64,000 nt of DNA from Mobula hypostoma. Its lineage: Eukaryota. Position numbers and translations under genes: made by a program. This document shows, in pieces, positions 51,604 to 63,817 of the stretch (positions are counted from its first letter, which is position 1; the number at the start of each line of letters is the position of its first letter). Location of the stretch: contig NC_086098.1 in assembly GCF_963921235.1 (NCBI RefSeq), forward strand, positions 2,418,001 through 2,482,000, written 5' to 3'. The notes under the pieces were generated by a model. That model saw only the letters and a list, made by a program, of their open reading frames with translations, searched no databases and was not told the DNA's origin.

Positions 51604-51989
51604 TAAATGGATCATCTTGGTCTTTCTTCCACCCCTCCCAGTGCTGTGTATGCAGGGTCCTTAGCATTGTCAATGATCCCTCCCATCCATCCCACAATCT
51701 CTTTGACCCCCAACCATCAAGCATTAGGATGAGGGCTGTCAGGGTGGGAAACAGCTTCTTCCACCAGGCCTTAAGGCTACTGAACTCCCTGCCACCAGCC
51801 AGTTCTCACAATGTATGAAATGCCCGTAGCGTTATACTCTTTACTTTTTAACTTGTGTCGAAAACGCACCTTGTAATTTGTTATTTCGTTTGTGTTAATG
51901 TTACTTTATGTGTTGTGTGTGTGAGTTATACATTATGTACTGCTTTTTGTGCCTTGATCCAGAGGAACATTTTTTCATTTAGTGATAGA

Positions 51990-52427
51990 CGAGGGATGAT
52001 TGATAAATTCATGGCCTAAGGTAGAAGGAGATGAGTTATACGACTCTCTTTACATGCACGTGCAGTTCAACTCTGAGTGCTTATGCAGAAAGATTGAAGT
52101 TAATAACGCATCAGGGTGATTGATAAGTTTGTGGCCTAAGGTAGGAGATGAGTTATTAACTTCAAACTTTCTGCATAATAACTCAAGGAGTTGAACTGCA
52201 TGTGCATGTGATGAGAGCTGTATAACTCATCTCCTTCTACTTTAGGCCATGAACTTATCAATCATCCCTGCTATGGACACTTTCTGGAGGTCCAAGATCT
52301 GTATTCTCCACAACCACAGGACTAAGTGTATAAATGTAGGAGGGGACTATATTGAAAAATAAATGTGCTGGGTTTTCTAAAATTGACTCCTTCTACCTTA
52401 GGCCACAAACTTATAAATCACACCTCG
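51990..52427. mobile_element. Mariner-like MITE with four TIR-like copies
   Basis: cgagggatgattgataaattcatggcctaaggtagaaggag ... ctccttctaccttaggccacaaacttataaatcacacctcg|TA; internal copies near 52112 (forward) and 52230-52268 (reverse). Confidence 0.82.
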
Positions 52428-52844
52428 TACATGAATAGGGTTAAATGACAATAAACTTGGACTGAAATTTAAGTGAAACATGTTTTTCAGACACTCATAG
52501 GTATGTTGTGTCCAGTGGGAAAGGAAGCTTTTTATATTTTAGATTATTGTAAAAGTAAATTCTAAATCTGGTTTCTTACTGGACCAAGGAATGTTTTTAA
52601 TTACATTAGTGAATAACATTTAATCTGGAGTACTCAAGAAAAGTCGTAACGTTCTATGTCTCTAAAGACAAAGAATACCAATGTTGGAGCTAAATAGCAA
52701 GTATTTGTTTTGACTGGCTTATATCAATCTGCACCTGTTACCCTTCCTACCTTTGTTGATAGCATATTCATGAAGTTATTGGATCCAAATTAGATAAGAC
52801 ATCTGAAGAGAGAATTTTTCATAATTCATTTTCAGGTTGGTTTG

Positions 52845-53260
52845 CCAGGACACTGCCTGGATTGGAGAGCACATCTGTTGAGGGTAGGTACAGCAAGCAA
52901 GAGCTTTTCGCTCTGGAGTGAAGAAGGTAAGAGACTACTTGATAGGGGTGCACAAGGTGATGAGAGGTATAGATTGAGTGGATACCCAGAGACTTTTTCC
53001 CAAGGTAGAAGTAACTAACTCAAAAGGATATTGGGGCATAATTTTAAGGTGATTGGATGAAGCATGGGAGAATATCAGAGTCATGTTCTTTACACACAGA
53101 ATGGAGATGCCGTACCATGCGTGGTTGTAAAGGCATTTAAGAAACTCTTAAATAGGCAGCTGGATGATAGGAAAATGGAGGACTATGTAGGAGGGAAGGG
53201 TCAGATTGATTTTAGTGTGGTTAAAAGCTCAAAACAACATCGTGGGTCAAAGGGTCTCTA
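52845..53260 (+). mobile_element. Degraded CR1-type 3' fragment
   Basis: ccaggacactgcctggattggagagc...atgtaggagggaaggg; similar to 308-680 and 20075-20538. Confidence 0.75.
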
Positions 53261-53883
53261 CTTTATTTATTTGTTTAAAGAGATACAGTGCTGAAAATCC
53301 CTTCCAGCCCTCGAGCTGTGCTATCCAGCAACTCTAGCCTAATCATGGGACAATTTAAAATGACAAATTAATCTACTTTGGAGAGATTTTAGGGAGCTAG
53401 GTAAACAGTTGAGAAACAGGACCTCCAAGGTAGTAATCTCTGGACTGCTGCCTATGAATGTGCCAGTGAGGGTAAAAATAGGAAGATTTAGCAGGTGAAT
53501 GCGTGGCTGAGGAACTGGTGCAGGGGGCAGGGGTTCAGATTTATGGATCACTGGGATCTCCCCTGGGGTAAGTACGAGCTGTACAAAAGAGATGAGTCAC
53601 ACCTGAACCCCAGGATGTCCAATATCCATGCAGGCAGGTTGGTTAGAATCGTTCGGGTAGATTTAAACCAACATGACAGGGGGATGGGAACTGGAGTGCT
53701 AGTGCTGAAGATGAGGTAGTTAGTTTACAAACAGAGACACTGTGAGACTCCTAGCAAGGAGAGGCTGAAGGTAAGGCAATATTTCAGTCAACAAGATGAG
53801 CAGACAAAATCGAAAAAGGTAATACAGAACTGAAGGTATTATATTTGATCGCGTGCAGTATATGGAATGAAGTCGATGAACTT

Positions 53884-55023
53884 TATCTCTTTGCTGAGGA
53901 AATGGAGAGTTTGCAGAGAGACTTGGATAGATTGGGAGAATGGGCAAAGAAGTGGCAAATGAAATACAATGTTGGAAAGTGTATGGTTATGCACTTTGGC
54001 AGAAGAAATAAATGGGCAGACTATTATTTAAATGGGGAAAGAATTCAAAGTTCTGAGATGCAACGGGACTTGGGAGTCCTCGTACAGGATACCCTTAAAG
54101 TTAACCTCCAGGTTGAGTTGGTAGTGAAGAGGGCGAATGCAATATTGGCATTCATTTCTAGAGGAATAGAGTATAGGAGCAGGGATGTGATGTTGAGGCT
54201 CTATAAGGCACTGGTGAGATCTCACTTGGAGTACTGTGTGCAGTTTTGGTCTCCTTATTTAAGAAAGGATGTGCTGATGTTGGAGAGGGTACAGAGAAGA
54301 TTCACTAGAATGATTCCAGGAATGAGTGGGTTAACATATAAGGAACGTTTGTCCGCTCTTGGAATGTATTTCTTGGAGTTTAGAAGAATGGTTTAACCGG
54401 AGGTTTGCCATCCTTCCCGTTTTTTCCATTCTTAGACATAGCAGACCTTAAACGCATCCAATTATCGGAGAGCCCAATTTATTTCAAAGTATTGTAAAAG
54501 TTGATGCCTTAATGGTTAATTAAAATATAGCTGATCATAAGAAAAAAAACTCAGAGGTAATGGAGCGAGTCAAGAACGCGACTTCACTCCATGAGCGCTA
54601 CCGGAAGTCCCCCTCATGGAGTTTAGAAGAATGAGGGGAGACCTCATAGAAACATTTCGAATGTTGAAAGGCATGGACAGAGAGGATGTGGCAAAGTTGT
54701 TTCCCATGATGGGGGAGTCTAGTACGAGAGGGCATGACTTAAGGGTTGAAGGGCGCCCATTCAAAACAGACATGCAGAGAAATTTTTTTAGTCAGAGTGT
54801 GGTGAATCTATGGAATTTGTTGCCATGGGTGGCAGTGGAGGCCAAGTCATTGGGTGTATTTAAGGCAGAGATTGATAGGTATCTGAGTAGCCAGGGCATC
54901 AAAGGTTATGGTGAGAAGGCGGGGGAGTGGGACTAAATGGGAGAATGGATCAGCTCATGATAAAATGGCAGAGCAGACTCGATGGGCCGAATGGCTGACT
55001 TCTGCTCCTTTGTCTTATGGTCT
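53884..55023 (+). mobile_element. Younger CR1-type 3' fragment nested in the host CR1
   Basis: ORFs 53845..54396 and 54616..54936 (RT C-terminus); tail tttgtcttatggtct; flanking AACTT duplication (53879-53883, 55024-55028). Confidence 0.87.
54391..54616 (-). mobile_element. 5'-end-only L1-like insertion with 17-bp TSD
   Basis: Minus strand starts gagggggacttccggtagcgctcatggag; ATG at 54439 gives MSKNGKNGKDGKPPVK; TSD tggagtttagaagaatg at 54374-54390 and 54617-54633. Confidence 0.72.
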
Positions 55024-56142
55024 AACTTGCAGCACAGTTACGGATTGGCAAATATGATGTTGTAACCATCACTGAATCATGGCTGAAAGAAAGCAGGGAG
55101 CTTAATGTCCAAGGGTATGAACTGTATGGAAAGGAAGAGGGGTTGGCATAACGTCGCTGGTAAAAAATTAAATTAAATTATTAGAAAGAGGTGATATAGG
55201 ATTGGAAGGTGTTGAATCATTGTGGAGAGAGCTAAGGAACTGCAAGGATAAAAAGACTCTGATGGCAATTGTATATAGATCCCTACACAGTGGTAAGCAT
55301 ATGGTCTACAACTTACAATGGGATTTCATAAATGTGTGCCCAAAGGACAATGTTCCAATAGTCATGGGGGATTTCAATATGCAGGTTGATTGGGAAAATC
55401 AGATTTGTGCTGGATCCCAGGAGGGGGAATTTCGGGAATGCCTATGAGAAGTTTTTTGGAGCACCTCGTGATTGAGCCCACTAGGGGATCATCTATTCTG
55501 GACTGGGTGTGGCGTAATGAACCAGAAGTGATTACGGAGCCTAAGGTAAAAGAACCCTTAGGAGAAAGTGATCATAATATGATTGAATACACCCTGAAAT
55601 CTGAGGAGAAGCTAAATTCAGATGTTTCAGTATTACCCAGAGGAGAAAGGGAATTACAAGGGCGAGAGAGGAGATGGCCAAAGTTGATTGGGAAAGAACA
55701 CTGGCAGGGATGATGGCAAAGCAGCAATGGCTGGAATTTCTGGATGCAATTTGGAAGGAAGAAGATATATACATTACAAAGAGGAAAAAGTATTCTAAAG
55801 GCAAGGTGACACAATTGTGGCTAACAATAGAAGTCAAAGCCAACATAAAAGCCAAGGGGAGGGAATATGATAGACCAAAAAATAGTGGGAAATTAGATGA
55901 TTGGGAAGCATTTAAAAACCAACAGAATGTAACTAAAAAATATCATTAAGAAAGGAAAGATGGAAAGGCGCGTGACGTAGCGTGCCAAGGTTTAAAAGCA
56001 GACTTCCAGATACAGCGGCCATCGTCGGAGTGGACTGAGTCAGAGTGGGACAGCTTTGGCTCAAACAGGCTTCAGCGAGAACAGGCAGAGGCCAGGGTAG
56101 GTTCCGGTAAGTTTTTTGTTCAGATTGATTAGTGCAGTGAGA

Positions 56143-57059
56143 ATGCCAGGCAGGATGTTGGAATGCTCCTCTTGCAGGATGTGGGAAGTCAGGGAGCCCT
56201 CCGGTGTCCCTGACAACGACACCTGCAAGAAGTGCATCCAGCTGCAGCTCCTGACAAACCGCGTTACGGAATTGGAGCAGGAGCTGGATGACCTGCGGAT
56301 CATTCGGGAGAATGAGGAGGTTATAGATAGTAGCTACAGGGAGGTAGTTACGCCAAAGGAGCAGAGGACAGGAAATTGGGTCACTGTCAGGCGAGGGAAG
56401 AGGAAAGGGCAGGCAGAGCAGGGTTCCCCTGTGGCCATTCCCCTCAACAACAAGTATACTGCATTGGATACTGTTGGGGGGGATGACTTACCTGGGACAA
56501 GCTGCAGTAGCCGGATCTCTGGCACTGAGTCTGGCTCTGCAGTGCAGAAGGGAGGGGGGAAAAGAGGAGAGCGGTAGTGAGAGGTGCAGATAGGAGGTTC
56601 TGTGGTCGTGACAGAGAATCCAGGATGGTTTGTTGCTTCCCGGGTGCCAAGGTCAAGGATGTCTCTGATCGATTGCATGACATTCTGGATTGGGAGGGTG
56701 ACCAGCCAGATGTCGTGGTGCACATCGGTACCAATGACATAGCAAGGAAGAGTGAGGAGGTCCTGGAGAGTGAGTATAGAGAGCTTGGTAGGAAGTTGAA
56801 AAGCAGGACCTCGAGGGTTGTAATCTCAGGATTGCTACCTGTGCTAGGTGCCAGTGAGGGTAAGAATAGGATGCTCTGGAGGATGAACAAGTGGCTGAGG
56901 AACTGGTGTAGGGGGCAGGGTTTCAGATTTCAGGATCATTGGGACCTCTTCTGGGGCAGGTGGGACCTGTACAAGAGAGACAGGTTACACTTGAACCACA
57001 GGGGGACCAATATCCTTTCAGGGAGGTTTGTTAGTGCTATTGGGGAGGCTTTAAACTAG
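56143..57059 (+). pseudogene. CR1 ORF1 (Cys knuckle, coiled coil, SGNH esterase), frameshifted near 56577
   Basis: CSSC..CKKC, ELEQELDDLRIIRENE, HIGTND, DRLHLN; the GDS block present in 29472..30173 is missing at the frameshift. Confidence 0.88.
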
Positions 57060-57061
57060 AT

Positions 57062-59680
57062 TTGCAGGGGGCTGGGAACCAGAGTGCCAGAGCTGACAGT
57101 GTGGCTGGGGTGAAAATAAATGATGTTAAAAGTTCAAGCAAATCCACTAATAGAAAGGTTGTGAGTGGTGGTAAAAATCTTCTGAGGTGTATATATTTCA
57201 ATGCTAGGAGTATTGCGGGGAAGGCGGATGAGTTGAGGGCGTGGATTGACACGTGGAATTATGACGTTATAGCAATTAGTGAAACTTGGCTGCAGGAGGG
57301 GCAGGACTGGCAGCTTAATATTCCAGGGTTCCGATGTTTCAGAAGTGATCGAGGCAGAGGAATGAAAGGTGGGGGAGTAGCATTGCTTGTTAGGGAAAAT
57401 ATTACAGCAGTGCTCAGGCAGGACAGATTAGAGGGCTTGTCTACTGAGTCCTTATGGGTGGAGCTGAGAAACAGGAAAGGTATGGCCACATTAGTGGGAT
57501 TGTATTACAGACCACCCAATAGTCAACGAGACTTGGAAGAGCAAATCTGCAGAGAGATAGCAGGCAACTGCAGGAAACATAAAGTTGTGGTGGTAGGGGA
57601 TTTTAATTTTCCATACATTGATTGGGACTCCCATACTGTTAGGGGTCTAGATGGTTTAGAGTTTGTAAAATGTGTTCAGGAAAGTTTTTTAAATCAATAT
57701 ATAGAGGGACCAACTAGCGGGGATGCAATATTGGATCTCCTGTTAGGAAACGAGTTAGGACAAGTGACGGAAGTCTGTGTAGGGGAGCACTTTGGTTCTG
57801 GTGATCATAACACCATTAGTTTCAATTTGATCATGGACAAGGATAGATCTGGTCCTAGGGTTGAGGTTCTGAACTGGAAGGTGGCCAAATTTGAAGAAAT
57901 GAGAAAGGATCTAAAAACCGTGGATTGGGACAGGTTGTTCTCTGGCAAAGATGTGATTGGTAGGTGGGAAGCCTTCAAAGCGGAAATTTTGAGAGTGCAG
58001 AGTTTGTATGTTCCTGTCAGGATTAAAGGCAAATTGAATAGGAATAAGGAACCTTGGTTCTCAAGGGATATTGCAACAATGATAAAAAAGAAGAGGGAGT
58101 TGTATGAAATGTATAGGAAACAGGGGGTAAATCAGGTGCTTGAGGAGTATAAGAAGTGCAAGAAAATACTTAAGAAAGTAATCAGGAGGGTTGAAAGAAA
58201 ACATGAGGTTGCCTTGGCAGGCAAAGTGAAGGATAATCCAAAGAGCTTTTACAAGTATATTAAGAGCAAAAGGATTGTAAGAGATAAAATTGGTCCTCTT
58301 GAAGATCAGAGTGGTCGGCTACGTGCGGAACAAAAGGAAATGGGGGAGATTTTAAATAGGTTTTTTGCATCTGTATTTACTAAGGAAACTGGCAGGAAGT
58401 CTATGGAATTGAGGGAATCAAGTAGTGCGATCATGGAAACTGTACAGATTGAAAAGGAGGAGGTGCTTGCTGTCTTAAGGAAAATTGAAGTGGATAAATC
58501 CCCGGGACCTGACAGGGTGTTCCCTCGGACCTTGAAGGAGACTAGTGTTGAAATTGCGGGGGCCCTGGCAGACATATTTAAAATGTCACTGTCTACAGGT
58601 GAGGTGCCGGAGGATTGGAGAGTGGTTCATGTTGTTCCATTGTTTAAAAAAGGATCGAAAAGTAATCCGGGAAATTATAGGCCGGTGAGTTTAACGTCTG
58701 TAGTAGGTAAGTTATTGCAGGGAGTACTAAGAGACAGAATCTACAAGCATTTGGATAGACAGGGACTTATTAGGGAGAGTCAACATGGCTTTGTACGTGG
58801 TAGGTCATGTTTGACCAATCTATTGGAGTTTTTCGAGGAGGTTACCAGGAAAGTGGATGAAGGGAAGGCAGTGGATATTGTCTACATGAATTTCAGTAAG
58901 GCCTTTGACAAGGTCCCGCATGGGAGGTTAGTTAGGAAAATTCAGTCGCTAGGTATACATGGAGAGGTGGTAAATTGGATTGGACATTGGCTCAATGGAA
59001 GAAGCCAAAGAGTGGTGGTAGAGAATTGCTTCTCTGAGTGGAGGCCTGTGACTAGTGGTGTGTCACAGGGATCAGTGCTGGGTCCATTGTTATTTGTCAT
59101 CTATATCAATGATCTGGGTGATAATGTGATAAATTGGATCAGCAAATTTGCTGATGATACAAAGATTGGAGGTGTAGTAGACAGTGAGGAAGGTTTTCGG
59201 AGCCTGCAGAGGGACTTGGACCAGCTGGAAAAATGGGCTGAAAAATGGCAGATGGAGTTTAATACAGACAAGTGTGAGGTATTGCACGTTGGAAGGTCAA
59301 ACCAAGGTAGAACATACAGGGTTAATAGTAAGGCACTGAGGAGTGCAGTAGAACAGAGGGATCTGGGAATACAGATACAAAATTCCCTAAAAGTGGCGTC
59401 ACAAGTAGATAGGGTCGTAAAGGGAGCTTTTTGTACATTGGCCTTTATTAATCAAAGTATTGAGTATAAGAGCTGGAATGTTATGATGAGGTTGTATAAG
59501 GCATTGGTGAGGCCGAATCTGGAGTATTGTGTTCAGTTTTGGTCATCAAATTACACGAAGGATATAAATAAGGTTGAAAGAGTACAGAGAAGGTTTACAA
59601 GGATGTTGCCGGGACTTGAGAAACTCAGTTACAGAGAAAGGTTGAATAGGTTAGGACTTTATTCCCTGGAGCGTAGATGA
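57062..59680 (+). pseudogene. CR1 ORF2 (APE + RT), 872 aa, premature stop
   Basis: NARSI, ISETW, GDFN, NYRPVSLTS, KFADD. YMNFSKAF replaces YMDFSKAF; TGA at 59678 precedes the usual RGDLIEVYK segment. Confidence 0.92.
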
Positions 59681-61911
59681 ATCAGGGGAGATTTGATAGA
59701 GGTATATAAAATTATGATGGGTATAGATAGAGTGAATGCAAGCAGGCTTTTTCCACTGAGACAAGGGGAGAAAAAAACAGAGGACATGGGTTAAGGGCGA
59801 GGGGGGAAAAGTTTAAAGGGAACATTGGGAGGGCTTCTTCACACAGAGAGTGGTGGGAGTATGGAATGAGCTGCCAGACGAGGTGGTAAATGCGGGTTCT
59901 TTTTTAACATTTAAGAATAAATTGGACAGATACATGGATGGGAGGTGTATGGAGGGATATGGTCCGTGTGCAGGTCAGTGGGACTAGGCAGAAAATGGTT
60001 CAGCACAGCCAAAAAGGGCCAAAAGGCCTGTTTCTGTGCTGTAGTTTCTATGGTTTCTATGGAATACGGAAGTAAAGTACTCAATAATATTAAAGGGCAT
60101 ACAAAAAGTTTCTGTAGATGCAGGAAGTGTAAAAGAGAGGCGAGAGTGGATATCAGACCAGAGGAAAACAATGCTGGAGAGGTAGTAATGGGGTCAAGGA
60201 AATGGCAGACAAAATGAATAAATATCTTGCATCAGTCTCCACTGTAAAAGACACGAGCAGTGTGGTAGAAGTTTCAGGTGTCAGATTCATGAAGTGTGTG
60301 AAGTTACTATAACTAGAGAGAAGGATCTTGGGAAACTGAAGGTAGATAAACCACCTGGGCCATTTGGTAACTGAAGAGATCCTTAAGGCATTAGTAATGA
60401 TCTTTCAAGAATCACTAGATTCTGTAATGGTTCCAGAAGACTGGAAAATTGCAAATGTCACTCCATTGTTGAAGAAAGGCGAGACAGAAGAAAGGAAACT
60501 ATAGACTAATTAGTCTGACCTCAGTGGTTGGGAAGATGTTGGAATCAATAATTAAGGATTAGATTTCAGGGTACTTGGAGGCATGTGATAAAATAGGTCG
60601 TAGTCAGCATGGCTTCCTCAAGGGAAAATCTTGCCTGATAAATCTGCTAGAATTCTTTGAAGAAATAACAAGCAGGATAGACAAAGGAGAATTGGTTGAT
60701 GTGTACTTGGATTTTCAGAAGGCCTTTGACAAGGTGCCAAAAATGAGGCTGCTTAACATACTATGAGCCCATGGTATCACAGGAAAGATTCTAACATGGA
60801 TCAAGTAGTGGCTGATTGTCAGGAGGCAAGGAATTAGAATAAAGGGAGCTTTTTGTTGGTGACTGCCGGTGACCAGTGGTTTTCCATAGGGGTCTGTGTT
60901 GGGACCGATTCTATTTACATTACACATCAGTGACTTTGATGATGGAATTAATGGCTCTGCTGTGAAGTTTGCAAATGATAAGAACACAGGTGGAGGGGCA
61001 ATTATTTTTAAGGAAGTAGAGAGGCTACAGAAGGACTTCGAGATATTAAGAGAATGTGCAAAAAGTGGCAGATGGAATACAGTGCTGGGAAGTGACGGGT
61101 CATGGACTTTGGTAGAAGAAATGAAAGGGTTGACTATTTTCTAAATGGAGAGAAAATACAAATATCTGTGTTGCAAAGGGACTTGGAGGTAATTGCACAG
61201 GATTCCCAAAAGGTTAACTTATAGGTTGAATCTGTGATGAGGAAGCCAAATGCCATGTTAGCATTAATTTCAAGAGGACTGGAATATAAAAGCAAAGATG
61301 TAATGTTGAGATTTTATAAAGCTCTGGTGAGACCTCACTTGGAGTACTGAGTGTAGTTTTGGGCCCCTTCTCTCAGAAAGTATGTGCTGAAACTGGAGAA
61401 CATTCAAAGAAGGTTCATGAAAATGATTCAGGGTTCAAACAGCTTGTCTTATGAAGAGTGCTTGATGGCTCAGGGCCTGTACTCATTGGAAATCAGAAGA
61501 ATGAGGAGTGAACTCATTAAAACTTATCAAATGTTGAAATGTTTTGATAGAGTGGATGTGGAAGGGTTTTTTTCTATGGTGGGAGAACCTAAGACCAGCA
61601 AATATAGCCTCAGAATAGAAGGGCATCCTTCTAGAATGGAGATAAGGAGTAATCTCTTTAGCCAGGCCGTAATTAATCTGTGGAATTCATTTCTACAAGC
61701 AGCTGTGGAAGCCAAGCCTTTATTTAAGGCAGAGGTTGATAAATTCTTGATTGGCCAAGGCATGAAGGGATACGAGGTGGACGGGTGGCTGGGGAAGGAA
61801 GGATACTGAGGCCGAGACGAGAAATGGATCAGCCATGAAGAAATGGCGGAGCAGACTTGATGGGCCAAATGGCATAACAACTGATCGTACGCTTTATGAT
61901 CTTATGGTCTT

Positions 61912-62070
61912 ACTAATCATATGTCTTTGGACTGTCGAAGAAACTGGAGAACCAAGAGGAAAGCCGTGCGGTCATGGGGAGAATGTAGAAACTCCTTACA
62001 AACAGCGGTGGCTGTGAACCCGGGTCACTGGTACTGCAAGGCGTTGTGCTAACCACTACACCTTCGTGCC
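61912..62070 (-). mobile_element. tRNA-derived V-SINE (HE1-like) 5' part
   Basis: Minus strand ggcacgaaggtgtagtggttagcacaacg (A box) .. gacccgggttcac (B box) .. ggagtttctacattctccccatgaccgc. Confidence 0.78.
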
Positions 62071-62310
62071 TCCCTGTGCACTAATGTACACGAGCTAATC
62101 TTCTCCTCATCCTCATCCTGGGAATACCTGCAGCTCAGTGGCCAACAACGTCCATTGGAATTGAAACAGCGTTACTATTACAACATTATACTGTCTTAAG
62201 GACGTGGAAAAGTTAACAACCTGACATCAGATCTACGTCCTACAATGTCAGCTGCCTTCCTTCAACCATTTGACTCGAGTATAAAATAACAAATCAAAAA
62301 TGACTGCTTT

Positions 62311-62819
62311 TGTCAAAACGAACGAGGCGAACCCAAACACAGGACACAGGCACGGAGACTGAGTTAGGATGCAGACGTGGGTGTGAGCGCTGAACGGCCA
62401 ACAGGAGGGAGTGCGGGAAAGCAGGAGGCAGGCAGACCTCATCTTGACATGGAGCGTAGAAAGGAAAGCGGCAGACAAAACTTTTCTTAGCACAGAGAGA
62501 CGGAGTTACACAGGTAAACCTCGGTGCTGAAGTAGAACTTAAAAAACTTATCTTGACACGGAGAGACTGAGTTTCACAGGTAAATCTCGGTACTGAAGCA
62601 AAACTTAGAACACATAATCCTAAGCAGCCCAGAGGCAAAACCAATGATCTGGCAACTAGTGGGTGCAAAGCCAGGGTTCTTATGCTGCAGGTCTTGATGA
62701 AAACCAGGTGTGTTGCCATTAAAGGAAATTAGGAGAAAATGGGGAAGTAACGGTCGGAATCATGGCACAATCAAAGGGAATTAGGAGAAAATGGGGAAGT
62801 AACGGTCGGGACCGTGACA
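62311..62819. mobile_element. Solo LTR, 509 bp (Gypsy-like)
   Basis: TGTCA...TGACA termini; exact 5-bp TSD GCTTT (62306-62310, 62820-62824); internal direct repeats. Confidence 0.87.
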
Positions 62820-63021
62820 GCTTTAGTTACATGATCGACAGCTGGATTTGCAAACTGTGCTTCCAAGTGCTTGTCACAAGGTGTGGTTCATGGATAAATG
62901 ATAATATAACATGCTGAACGAGACATCAGAATCAGGTTTACAATCATTGAAATGTGTTGTTTTGCAGCAGCATTGCAGTGCAGGTCAAATAAAAAATGAC
63001 TATATGTTACTCTAACTACTA

Positions 63022-63552
63022 GTATGGGGTGCCCAGGAAGGGGTAGCAGCCCTGGTGAAGGGGCTTGTTGTGTCCATTCTGGGGCAGCTCACTCACCTTT
63101 GGTCCCCACCAGACACTCACCTCTCACCTGTAGCTCCAAGTGGCTGTTTGCATGTGACAGTGGCTGCACTCCAGTACACCGCTTCCACAGGTGGGCTAAA
63201 CCAGGTGAGGGTAGCCAGTGGCCTCACACTCAGGTAAGACAGGGACATGCCTGTACTAGCATACACAGTCATCTCCGGCAAACTGGCTGGATGTGATCTA
63301 CAGTGAGATCCAATGGTCAGGAAAGTGGTACTGTAACGCTCCGTGGAGATCAAAGGACATGACAAGCCACAGAAGAGGTCATGGTCATCCACTGCAACCA
63401 AGAAAGACCCCAGTTTGTGATGACTACTCACACCACTAGACCCAGACTTCCGAGGCAGAGAGAATAGAACTGCCCCAGTACAAGTGCTTTTCCACTTTAA
63501 AAACTCTCCCATGTGTTTCCTGTCATCGTCGGACACGATGGGCAAACACTAC
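63022..63552 (+). mobile_element. Short non-autonomous bipartite RTE-like element
   Basis: 5' ggtgaaggggcttg resembles RTE/BovB 5' UTRs and 3' gtcggacacga resembles RTE/BovB 3' ends (both from recall); (cta)n tail; no RT coding. Confidence 0.55.
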
Positions 63553-63817
63553 TATAAGATATGCCAATATATTAGTTGTTGAAGCACATCTAGCATCCTC
63601 CTTGAACAGCAATATGCTACAATAATATCATGGAAACAACAGACTGTCAGCTCTTTGATTTTAAGAAAAATTGATCATCAAGAAACATTTCCAATTCAGA
63701 AAAACACAGGCAGGACTAATGAATGTTTATTTTTTACAGTGAGTGATTTGACCTTTGCCCTTAGCCCACAATGCAGTCATTTTAGCACTGAAAGAAAAAG
63801 CAACCCCAAATCACTCA

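Larger units (their letters stand above)
55966..60058 (+). mobile_element. Full-length CR1-type LINE (~4.1 kb)
   Basis: 5' UTR with gtgacgt and tttaaaag, ORF1, ORF2, (tttctatgg)n tail; ATGGAA duplication at 55960-55965 and 60059-60064. Confidence 0.95.
53378..61911 (+). mobile_element. Old CR1-type LINE hosting nested insertions
   Basis: Colinear remnants: ORF1 end (53378-53670), APE start (IACSIWNEVDEL), APE 55024-55965, RT 60059-61809, tail near 61895-61911. Confidence 0.85.

Noticed and set aside
56101..56140. Splice donor GTAAGT in the CR1 5' UTR
   Set aside because: The nearest acceptors would give an implausibly short intron (about 30 nt or less); no support without RNA data.
61912..62070. 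tRNA gene
   Set aside because: A and B boxes are present but run into the SINE V-domain; no complete cloverleaf.
9239..62824. Shared CTTT in the TSDs of two solo LTRs as a target preference
   Set aside because: Different families and TSD lengths, only two cases, and the third LTR has ACCAC; probably chance.
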